From an uncultured Gammaproteobacteria bacterium (GTDB taxonomy: Bacteria; Patescibacteriota; Microgenomatia; Levybacterales; GWA1-39-11): a DNA stretch of 64,000 nt. The notes beneath the pieces are model-generated. The model was not told the DNA's origin. It did not search any database and saw nothing but the letters and a program-made list of their open reading frames with translations. Positions 55,470 through 63,846 of this stretch are shown piece by piece. Where the stretch lies: assembly GCA_964641355.1 (NCBI GenBank), contig CAZXND010000002.1:70615-134614 (forward strand), read 5' to 3'. Within the stretch, counting starts at the first letter, position 1; each line of letters opens with the position of its first letter. Position numbers and translations under genes: made by a program.

Positions 55470-56732
55470 TCAACGAGATGAAGAGTTGGAAGTATTTTTT
55501 TTCATCTCATATAATGCATTCAAGTATACGTTATTCCAAGTATTATTTTTGCTAATTTTTTCCGCCTTTGCTGAAAGAGTTTTATATAATTTTTTATCCT
55601 TTAAGACCCTGATAATACCTCTTGAAAAATCATCAATATTATCATTAACAAGAATTCCCGCTCCCTTCTTTACTATAGCACGCCCCAAAGGTGGAACATT
55701 AGTAGAAATAACTGGAAGTCCTGATGCAAGATATTGTCTGATCTTTCCAGCATCGGCGAACCACCTAAAAGATTCTCGAAAAGAACGATAAGGTGCAAGT
55801 CCCACATAGCACTCGCTAACAATATTCGCTACTTCCTCATCGCTCTTAATATAACCATGAAAAAAAACACTGCTCTCTAAGTTTAATCGCTTTACCAACC
55901 TTTTTAGACTCTCTTCATTCGCTCCCGTACCTATAATGTTTAACAACGAGTTGGGAAAAGTCTTTCTTACAACAACAAAAGACCTTACTGCCAATTCCAC
56001 ACCAAACTCCTCATCCAAAGTCCCCACGTATACAAGACTATTAATTTTTCTATCTTTCACGTCTTTTATCTTCATCTGAAAAGGGAATAATCCATTTGGA
56101 ACGTGTAATACACGATTCATATCTAAATCTGTTAAACCTGTTAATTTTCTTCCCTCTCTCATCGCTGTTGATACATCCCATGTAAAATCTGCATTTCTTA
56201 CGCAGAATTTGTCTAACCATATATAGACCTTGTTAAAAAAAGTGTCGCCAAATCTTGTTGGTGAGTAATCGGATACGTAATAAACAACACTTTTAACAAT
56301 TCCTAGTTTTTTTAAAATTATTCCTCCTAAAGTATTTATAGACTCAAGACCAATAAATAAATCGTATTTCTTTCTATATATAGTAGCTAATAAAAAAATT
56401 GAATAAAAATCCCTTAATTTATAAGACACTCTTGTTTTACTAGTGGTTTTAATCTTGCAGAGTAAATAAATCGGCAAATAAAAAAGAGAGGAGATCACAA
56501 ATCTTTCTTTCAATTTTCTTCTATAAAATCTTTCTACGACGGGGTCAATAGTATCGCTTATTACATGAGGCTCATCAAGTAAAATAATCTCCCTTACTTT
56601 TGGTGAAAAAAAACTTATAAGCGGATTTACCATTCCATTTTTTGCCTGCCTCTCTCCTTTTGAGTAGTGAGAAAATGTTGCTATAAAGATAGATGAACTA
56701 CTGTTTATAATCTCTGAATTTCTATTTGTCAT
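55470..56732 (-). CDS. Glycosyltransferase family 4
   Basis: 420 aa. C-terminal GLAPYRSFRESFRWFADAGKIRQYLASGLPVISTNVPPLGRAI. Confidence 0.7.
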   Translation of the reverse strand: MTNRNSEIINSSSSIFIATFSHYSKGERQAKNGMVNPLISFFSPKVREIILLDEPHVISDTIDPVVERFYRRKLKERFVISSLFYLPIYLLCKIKTTSKTRVSYKLRDFYSIFLLATIYRKKYDLFIGLESINTLGGIILKKLGIVKSVVYYVSDYSPTRFGDTFFNKVYIWLDKFCVRNADFTWDVSTAMREGRKLTGLTDLDMNRVLHVPNGLFPFQMKIKDVKDRKINSLVYVGTLDEEFGVELAVRSFVVVRKTFPNSLLNIIGTGANEESLKRLVKRLNLESSVFFHGYIKSDEEVANIVSECYVGLAPYRSFRESFRWFADAGKIRQYLASGLPVISTNVPPLGRAIVKKGAGILVNDNIDDFSRGIIRVLKDKKLYKTLSAKAEKISKNNTWNNVYLNALYEMKKNTSNSSSR

Positions 56733-57273
56733 TTTTTCTTAAACTAGTAATAAAATTGTAGTTAATCTTTGAGAAGTTTTTTACTGCATCGAATATTTCT
56801 TTGTCTTCTTTTTTTTCTACACTATTCGCTAAGTCGCTAAATAATTTTTGATGTTGTCTAGCCGCCAAGTCTATCCGAGCATCTAAGTTTTTAGGAAAAG
56901 CGTATCCAGATAGCAAAGCGCTATTATAATCTTGAACCAGCTTACTATAATAATCTTCTCCTCTCAAAACTGCTTTTTTAGAACCCGATAAATCATTTTT
57001 ACTTCTAAGAATTTTACCGTAATTAATTAATTTATTAGACATTTCCAAATCAAATTCAACCTTCTTGATTTTTGAACTTATCATTCTTTGCGCGATCTTA
57101 TCTCGAAGTATAACAAACTTATTAAGAGGGTCTGTGATAAAATTCGTCGAATCAATAGAATTAGATTTAAGATAAAGGATCTGAATTAATAATATAAATA
57201 AAACAAGAAGTATAGACCATAATAAAATTTTTTCTAAAATTGATAAAAAAACTAAACCTTTATTTTTTTTCAA
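56722..57273 (-). CDS. Hypothetical membrane-anchored protein
   Basis: 183 aa. N-terminal TM LLWSILLVLFILLIQILYL and a helical soluble domain. Unknown family. Confidence 0.35.
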   Translation of the reverse strand: MKKNKGLVFLSILEKILLWSILLVLFILLIQILYLKSNSIDSTNFITDPLNKFVILRDKIAQRMISSKIKKVEFDLEMSNKLINYGKILRSKNDLSGSKKAVLRGEDYYSKLVQDYNSALLSGYAFPKNLDARIDLAARQHQKLFSDLANSVEKKEDKEIFDAVKNFSKINYNFITSLRKNDK

Positions 57274-57620
57274 TTAAAATTTCCTTTCCTATTATTTTCA
57301 AGATTTTGAAAGTTTTTTTTTCTAAATTTAGACAAATTTCATTCAAAAACAATAAAATAAGAATAATTGGATTTTTTGAATTTCTTTTTTTAAACTTAAA
57401 TAAAAAAGTTAAGTCCACTATAAAATTTTTATTTACACTCTTTTTTACTAGCTTTAATAAATAATAGAATAGAATTAGGAAAATTAGTAACTGAAAAGTA
57501 AAAAAAATTCCTGTGTGATAAATTATTAAATCGTCAATAAAATACATATTAAATCTACAGCAACAAGTTTACCACGAGTAATTAGATTCCTCAAATTAGT
57601 GTTTAATTTTACATCCTATT

Positions 57621-58364
57621 ATGCTATCCTCTGTAAATAAAATGAAAACTCCTTACCAAAATTTTTATTCTAAAGTATATCAAAACAAAAATACATTTTT
57701 ATTAGACAAAAAGTGGCAGGAAGTTGTAAAAAAACGCTTAAGTATTCAATATTCTTCGAAAAGAAGAATTTTAGATATAGCATGCGGTGTAAGCACGTTG
57801 GGAATGATATTTGGGAGTAACATTTCAGGCCTAGAAATAAATCCCGAAGCAGTAAAAGTGCTTAGAAAATCGGGTATAAAAGTAAAAAAGGGTGATGTCG
57901 AAAAGAAATGGGACTTTCCAGACAATCACTTCAACATTGTAATAGCATCTCATATAATCGAGCATGTTGTTAATCCAGATCATCTAATCTCGGAGGCAAA
58001 AAGAGTATTAAAGAAAGACGGAATTCTGATAATTGCAACTCCAAATCTCGCCGCATGGTTTAATAGAATATTATTATTGTTGGGTTATCAACCCTTCTTT
58101 ACTGAAGTAAGCACTATTGATAAAACATTGGGTATAAAGTTTACAAGAAGATTAACCAAAAAAAGAGAGCCGCTAGGACATTTAAGGCTATTTACGCAGG
58201 GAGCGCTAAGTGATATTTTAGATCTTCATGGATTCAAAATTATTAAATTTTCCGGAGCAGAATTTTTGGGTTTCCCAAAACCAATAGATAAAGTTGATCA
58301 AATTATGTCAAAGTTTACTCCAATCGCGTCTACTTTCCTTGTATCTTGTAGAAAAAAAAGTTAG
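57621..58364 (+). CDS. Class I SAM-dependent methyltransferase
   Basis: 247 aa. ILDIACGVSTLGMIF motif I and IIASHIIEHV. Confidence 0.7.
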   Translation: MLSSVNKMKTPYQNFYSKVYQNKNTFLLDKKWQEVVKKRLSIQYSSKRRILDIACGVSTLGMIFGSNISGLEINPEAVKVLRKSGIKVKKGDVEKKWDFPDNHFNIVIASHIIEHVVNPDHLISEAKRVLKKDGILIIATPNLAAWFNRILLLLGYQPFFTEVSTIDKTLGIKFTRRLTKKREPLGHLRLFTQGALSDILDLHGFKIIKFSGAEFLGFPKPIDKVDQIMSKFTPIASTFLVSCRKKS

Positions 58365-59422
58365 ATATCAACATTACTTCTCAGAATTTTTATTTTTTTA
58401 ATGATCGTTCTAGCATCTTTTAATTCATACATCGTAATATAAATATTTAAAATACATTTTCTTAAAAACCTCAAAACAGTCGTTGGTGTAAAAATCGTTA
58501 AAAAATAATAAATGCAAAATTTCATACTAAATTTAATTTTAGGATCGAGTACCATAACTCTTTTCGCAATTTGATGTATATTCTCATTTCCAACCATTAT
58601 TTTTATCACCGGAAAGAGAGTTACAAAGTGAAACATTAATTGATTGCGAAGAAATTCCTGATAATATTCATCTTCCACTTTACTCTTTACAATTTCAAAA
58701 AAGTTTTCCGACTTAAGTTTTCCTTTTTTAAGTGAATATAGTGGGTGATGACCCACGCTATCATTCCTCCACTGAGACCAATGAGCAATAATAAATTGAT
58801 TTTTTAGGAATAGTCCTCCAAACTTTTTTGTTGAATAATACAGAAGATCTATCCATGGAGCTGGATCAGCATATACCACTTGTACATTTTTTGATAAATC
58901 ATTTTTTATAATAAGACCCGTCATAAAAAAAGGATCAGAATTAAGTATAAAAGAGAATACATCCTCTGAACTCCTATTCGCATTAAAATAATAATCATTT
59001 TCAAATGGTTTATTTACTTTGAAATTGAAAATCTTTTTTTCATCAGGAGACAGACATGTGTAATTTACTCTTACAAAGCCTGGACTATTTTTAATGATTT
59101 TTTTATGTATTTTATAAAGAGCTCCTGCATCTAAAAAAAAGTCGTCATCTGAATGGAGAAGAATATATTTTCCACTTGCATGCCCCATGACTTCCTTAAC
59201 GTTCAGACTGAAATCTATATTCGATTTATTTCTAAAATATCTTATCCTATTATCTTTTATGCTGAGCACCATCTTTTTCGTTTCATCTGTGGAAAAGTTA
59301 TCTGAAATAATTATTTCAAAGTCTTTAAAATTTTGCCTGCGAAGGCAGTAAATCGCGAATCTTAAATCTTTTACCCTATTAAAAGTAGGAATTACGATTG
59401 AAAAAAATGGTCTTTCTTTCAT
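58361..59422 (-). CDS. Glycosyltransferase family 2
   Basis: 353 aa. FSIVIPTFNRVKDLRFAIYCLRRQNFKDFEIIISDNFSTDET. Confidence 0.75.
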   Translation of the reverse strand: MKERPFFSIVIPTFNRVKDLRFAIYCLRRQNFKDFEIIISDNFSTDETKKMVLSIKDNRIRYFRNKSNIDFSLNVKEVMGHASGKYILLHSDDDFFLDAGALYKIHKKIIKNSPGFVRVNYTCLSPDEKKIFNFKVNKPFENDYYFNANRSSEDVFSFILNSDPFFMTGLIIKNDLSKNVQVVYADPAPWIDLLYYSTKKFGGLFLKNQFIIAHWSQWRNDSVGHHPLYSLKKGKLKSENFFEIVKSKVEDEYYQEFLRNQLMFHFVTLFPVIKIMVGNENIHQIAKRVMVLDPKIKFSMKFCIYYFLTIFTPTTVLRFLRKCILNIYITMYELKDARTIIKKIKILRSNVDI

Positions 59423-59493
59423 TGTTTACACAATATATCTCAATAGCTAAGATTGTCGAATAACATATGTAAATTCATTTAAAATTAATTTTC

Positions 59494-60726
59494 TTGATAT
59501 GCTATACTATCGCAAATATGCTTCGAGTTCCATACGCACTTTCTGTTTACGATAACAAAGAAATACAAGCGGTTGTTTCTGTACTTAAAGAACACAGATC
59601 TAACATGGGTATTGAGACTCAGAAGTTTGAGAAGGGAGTTGCAAAACTTTTTAATAAAAAATATGGAATAATGGTTAATTCTGGGTCTTCAGCAATACTT
59701 ATTGCATTAGAACTATTAAATCTCCCTAAAGGTTCTGAAATCATTACGCCGATTTTGACTTTCTCAACTACGGTTGCACCCATTGTTCAAAAAGGATTAA
59801 TTCCTGTTTTTGCAGACGTTGAGCCACAAAAATACACCATTAACGTTGATCAGGTTGAGTCTCTTATTACACCAAAAACTAAAGCACTATTTATTCCTTT
59901 ACTACTCGGAAATGTTCCTGCCTTGGATAGACTTAGAAAAATTGCAAAAAAACATAAGCTTTATTTTGTTGAAGATTCTTGTGATACCTTAGGAGCTAAA
60001 TACAATGGAAAAGAATCAGGATCATATTCAGACATATCTATAACTAGTTTTTTTGGATCTCATATTATCACTGCGGGAGGCAATGGAGGAATGATAATGG
60101 TAAACAGTAGAAAGTGGGCAGATAGGGCAAAAGTACTAAGAGGCTGGGGGAGAAGTTCGTCTTTATTTGGTGAGACCGAAGATATTAAAAAGCGTTTTAG
60201 TGTAAAGCTAGAAAATATACCTTATGATGCAAAATTTCTATTTGAAGAAGTAGGATACAATCTTCTTCCAAATGAAATGTGTTCAGCGTTTGGGAATATG
60301 CAGTTACTGAAACTTCCTAAATTTAGAAAGATAAGGGAAAAGAATTTTAATACACTTTATAAATTTTTTCAAAAATATGAATCCGTATTTATGCTCCCCA
60401 AGCAAGATAAAAAAGTTTCAACACAGTGGATTACTTTTCCTTTAACTATCAGAAACACCTCCCCTTTCACACGAATTGAATTGGTTACTTTCCTAGAAAA
60501 TAATAACATTCAAACTCGTCCAATTTTTACGGGAAATATATTAAAACAACCAGGTTTTAAAGATATCAATCACAGAAAAAATTCATCCGGATATCCGGCA
60601 ACTCAAGAAGTAATGGAGAGAGGATTTGTAATAGGATGTCACCATGGTCTTGAAAATAAACACATAGACAGGCTTACTGAGGTATTCTCGCTCTTTTTGA
60701 AAAGCAAAGGAGTTAAGAGTAGTTAG
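59494..60726 (+). CDS. PLP-dependent nucleotide-sugar 3-dehydratase of the DegT/DnrJ/EryC1 fold, ColD (GDP-4-keto-6-deoxymannose 3-dehydratase)/E1-like
   Basis: 410 aa. The active-site segment ITSFFGSHIITAGGNGGM has His where aminotransferases of this fold carry the PLP-binding Lys (SFxxxK). It closely parallels the E. coli ColD SFYSHHIATMEGG region as I recall it. N-terminus YGIMVNSGSSAILIALELL and C-terminus IQTRPIFTGNILKQ also resemble ColD. Confidence 0.75.
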   Translation: MICYTIANMLRVPYALSVYDNKEIQAVVSVLKEHRSNMGIETQKFEKGVAKLFNKKYGIMVNSGSSAILIALELLNLPKGSEIITPILTFSTTVAPIVQKGLIPVFADVEPQKYTINVDQVESLITPKTKALFIPLLLGNVPALDRLRKIAKKHKLYFVEDSCDTLGAKYNGKESGSYSDISITSFFGSHIITAGGNGGMIMVNSRKWADRAKVLRGWGRSSSLFGETEDIKKRFSVKLENIPYDAKFLFEEVGYNLLPNEMCSAFGNMQLLKLPKFRKIREKNFNTLYKFFQKYESVFMLPKQDKKVSTQWITFPLTIRNTSPFTRIELVTFLENNNIQTRPIFTGNILKQPGFKDINHRKNSSGYPATQEVMERGFVIGCHHGLENKHIDRLTEVFSLFLKSKGVKSS

Positions 60727-61693
60727 TTTTATTGGCATAAAACCAATCAACTGTTCTTTTAATCCCCTCCTCCAATGAATAATTCGGTTTCCATTTCAGA
60801 ATTTTTTTAGTATGAGATAAATCTGCTTCGAGCATTTGAGGTTCTAGATACCTTGCCTGCCTCTTCACGCCACCCCATACAACCTTTGACTTACTGTTAG
60901 TAGTTTTAAGAATAGTCTCGACGATATCCTTTATAGTATTTTGCTTTCCTGACCCAATATTAAAAATTGAACCATTAGGCACTTTAATCATTGTAGCTTG
61001 GATATAAGCATTAATCACATCCTCAATAAAAATAAAATCCCTAACACTTTGAGGCGTTGAAACTTTTATCGGCCTATCTTGAAGAACGTCTAATATTATT
61101 GATGGAATAAGTCTATACCCACTTTCATAATTCCCATAAGGGGTAAAAAGACGTAAAGTGATAATCGGCAGATTGCTTCTAATTGCTTCCTTTTTGCAAT
61201 AAAGTGAAACAGCTGACTTCACAACAGAATAATTATTTGTTGGTTCGAGATAATCTGTCTCCCTCATTTTATTTTTTTTACTTCCATATTCAAAACAACT
61301 TCCAGTATTAATAAATAGTTTAAAATCAATTTTTTTTGCCGCTTCAATTATATTGATAGTCCCTTTTAAGTTTACATCTATCATTTTATAGATATCATCT
61401 TCATGAGGTGGGATCCCATATGATGCTAAGTGAAAAATATAATCAGGATTACTTTTTTTTAACGCAAGAAAAATTGATTTATCCAAAAGGTTACCTTCAA
61501 AAATTCTAACTTTCGATTTAACTCCATTCAATCTCCAATTGAGATTTCTATCTCTAACAAAGATACTCACGTCTTCTCCCCTATTTACCAATTGGTGAGT
61601 AATATTACTTCCCACAAAACCAGTTGCTCCGGTAATAAAATATTTATTTCTCATACTGGAATAATGGCCAATTTGAATCTTTCTCTGAAACAA
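60713..61693 (-). CDS. NDP-sugar 4,6-dehydratase-like extended SDR (GDP-mannose or GDP-heptose 4,6-dehydratase candidate)
   Basis: 326 aa. KYFITGATGFVGSNITHQLVNRGEDVSIFVRD resembles the GMD-type N-terminus. TGSCFEYGS (S/T...E) and YSVVK (YxxxK) catalytic motifs. Confidence 0.55.
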   Translation of the reverse strand: MFQRKIQIGHYSSMRNKYFITGATGFVGSNITHQLVNRGEDVSIFVRDRNLNWRLNGVKSKVRIFEGNLLDKSIFLALKKSNPDYIFHLASYGIPPHEDDIYKMIDVNLKGTINIIEAAKKIDFKLFINTGSCFEYGSKKNKMRETDYLEPTNNYSVVKSAVSLYCKKEAIRSNLPIITLRLFTPYGNYESGYRLIPSIILDVLQDRPIKVSTPQSVRDFIFIEDVINAYIQATMIKVPNGSIFNIGSGKQNTIKDIVETILKTTNSKSKVVWGGVKRQARYLEPQMLEADLSHTKKILKWKPNYSLEEGIKRTVDWFYANKTNYS

Positions 61694-62183
61694 CTACGTT
61701 TTTCTTAATAGGCCAATCTATGTTAAAAAATGGATCATTCCATTTAAAACCTCTTTCATGTTTTGGAGAATAAAATGCTGAAACAGGATACTCAACTATT
61801 GAGTTATCCTCAAGCGCTTGAGCCCCATGAGCAACACCTTTTGGAACTAAAACCATAGTTTTACTTTTAGCGGATAAAACGTTTCCTACCCATTTACCAA
61901 AAGTTTTAGACTTAGGTCTAACATCTAACGCAACATCAAAAATAGAACCTTTTACACACTGTACTAATTTATCTTCTGATTTAGGTGGAACCTGCATATG
62001 AAGCCCTCTGATTGTTCCTGCCTTAATAGACATAGATCTGTTAATTTGAACTATTTCAAAATTAATTCCAAACTTTTTAAGCTCTTCAACATCATAAACT
62101 CTTTCAAAGTAACCTCTCTTATCGCTTTTACTTTCTATCTCAATTAAAAATACTCCATCAATTACAGTTTTACTAAATTTCAT
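61644..62183 (-). CDS. Cupin-fold NDP-sugar 3,5-epimerase (RmlC-like)
   Basis: 179 aa. KSDKRGYFERVYD...GTIRGLHMQVPPKSEDKLVQCVKGSIFDVALDVR matches the RmlC core (RGxF..., GLHxQ, KLVxCxxGxIxDVxVDxR). Confidence 0.8.
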   Translation of the reverse strand: MKFSKTVIDGVFLIEIESKSDKRGYFERVYDVEELKKFGINFEIVQINRSMSIKAGTIRGLHMQVPPKSEDKLVQCVKGSIFDVALDVRPKSKTFGKWVGNVLSAKSKTMVLVPKGVAHGAQALEDNSIVEYPVSAFYSPKHERGFKWNDPFFNIDWPIKKNVVVSEKDSNWPLFQYEK

Positions 62184-62191
62184 GGTGGGAG

Positions 62192-62866
62192 TTAACGAAA
62201 TGGAACCGCTTTGTTTTCATTAATGTCATTTTCCATCTCATCGTGTAAGTGCTTTGTTTTAGCAATCCATGCAGCGATTATATGATTCAGTATAAGCTGT
62301 ATATCTTCAACTGGTCCATAATGATTACTGTCTGCAATTAAAGGGTAATCTACTATTCCCCCAAGCTTACCACCAGTTTTAAATCCTAAGATACCAACAG
62401 TTATTGCATTGCATGATTTTGCATACTCAATCGCCTTAACAACATTAGGACTATTTCCACTCCCAGAAAGAGCAATAACAACATCATCCCTTTTTACCAA
62501 ATTTCTAAGTTGCTGTACAAATATATCGTCGAAGCTTAAATCGTTTCCAAAAGCTGTCATAATAGCAACATTATCTGTAAGGGAAATAACTTGAAATCTT
62601 CTTTCAGAATTATCATAAATTCTCCTAAGGGTTCCTTTTCCTAAATCGCATGCCATGTGAGAAGCTGTAGACGCACTTCCTCCATTACCTATTATAAATA
62701 CCTTTTTATCTTTTTTATAAGCCGTAACAAGCACATTCATTATCTCTGCAATTATACTTTTATCTATAGATAAAAGACACCTTACAATTTCGAAAATATA
62801 TGAATTAATAAAGTCAGAGGGGTCTAAACTAATATTTTTTTTATTTTCTACGTTTCTATTCTTCAT
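62192..62866 (-). CDS. gmhA: Sedoheptulose-7-phosphate isomerase (phosphoheptose isomerase, SIS domain)
   Basis: 224 aa. KVFIIGNGGSASTASHMACDL and VVIALSGSGNSPNVVKAIEYAK match the GmhA core (GNGGS...S-S-GNS). Confidence 0.85.
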   Translation of the reverse strand: MKNRNVENKKNISLDPSDFINSYIFEIVRCLLSIDKSIIAEIMNVLVTAYKKDKKVFIIGNGGSASTASHMACDLGKGTLRRIYDNSERRFQVISLTDNVAIMTAFGNDLSFDDIFVQQLRNLVKRDDVVIALSGSGNSPNVVKAIEYAKSCNAITVGILGFKTGGKLGGIVDYPLIADSNHYGPVEDIQLILNHIIAAWIAKTKHLHDEMENDINENKAVPFR

Positions 62867-63846
62867 TAATCAATAAATACTATTTTACTTCCCTGGGGTT
62901 CAAAGGAAAACTTTTGATAAATTAATTCTGGTAAAGCTTTAATAATTTTTTTATGCTTATCTTCTGGGGCATAAAATAAAAGAAATCCACCACCACCTGC
63001 ACCTAACAACTTCCCACCAATCGCACCACTTCTTATTGCTCTACTATACCAACTATTAATTTGTTCACTTGTGATTCCGTCTGCCATTTTTACTTTTAAA
63101 AACCAATTTTCATCAAGCATTTTACCAAAAGTGTCTAGGTTGTTAGTATTTAACGCTTTTTGCATTTTTTTTGCAATACCTACCATTCTTAACATAGTTT
63201 TTCTTTTTTTTTCAAAAGATGCCATCTCTTTTGATTGTTTACTTAAAATAGGATCTGAAGATCTTGTTATTCCCGTATAGAAAAGGAGTAGTCTTTTTTC
63301 TAATTTTTCTCTTGTTTCATCGGTACATATAATTGGATCTACAAAAACACTACCATTTTTATTAAATTGTAAGTATTGCATTCCTCCGTATGCAGCAATG
63401 TACTGATCTTGCTTTCCTATGGGCTTTTTTAATATATCTATCTCTATTTTACACGCCTCACGGGCAAGTCTTTCAGCACTCACATACTCACCTTTAAAGG
63501 CATAAAGAGCATTTAATAGCCCGACAACATAAGAACTTGACGATCCCATACCTGTTCCCTCCGACGGAACATCAGCAATAGAACTAATATGAATACCTTT
63601 TCTTATTCCCGTTAACTTTAAAGCTTCTCGTACTAAGTCGTTTTGAATCTCTGAGACCTTTGTAACCAACTCTGTTTTTGAATAATGAATAAAAATTCTT
63701 CCATCAAACTGTTTTTCAACAAATATATAAATATACTTATCAATTGCTGTTGTTACAACGCATCCAGAAGAATGTTTATAAAAAGAGGAAATATCACTTC
63801 CACCTCCAACAAAACTTACCCTCAGGGGAGTTCTTGATATGATCAT
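62866..63846 (-). CDS. hddA: D-glycero-alpha-D-manno-heptose 7-phosphate kinase (GHMP kinase family)
   Basis: 326 aa. MIISRTPLRVSFVGGGSDI N-terminus and GHMP motif PSEGTGMGSSSS. Directly adjacent to gmhA and gmhB. Confidence 0.75.
   Translation of the reverse strand: MIISRTPLRVSFVGGGSDISSFYKHSSGCVVTTAIDKYIYIFVEKQFDGRIFIHYSKTELVTKVSEIQNDLVREALKLTGIRKGIHISSIADVPSEGTGMGSSSSYVVGLLNALYAFKGEYVSAERLAREACKIEIDILKKPIGKQDQYIAAYGGMQYLQFNKNGSVFVDPIICTDETREKLEKRLLLFYTGITRSSDPILSKQSKEMASFEKKRKTMLRMVGIAKKMQKALNTNNLDTFGKMLDENWFLKVKMADGITSEQINSWYSRAIRSGAIGGKLLGAGGGGFLLFYAPEDKHKKIIKALPELIYQKFSFEPQGSKIVFID

Noticed and set aside
57260-57547. 95-aa ORF on the minus strand inside the AT-rich spacer
   Set aside because: Low-complexity K/I/L/F-rich translation typical of random ORFs in AT-rich DNA. 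It overlaps the likely promoter region and has no recognisable motif.
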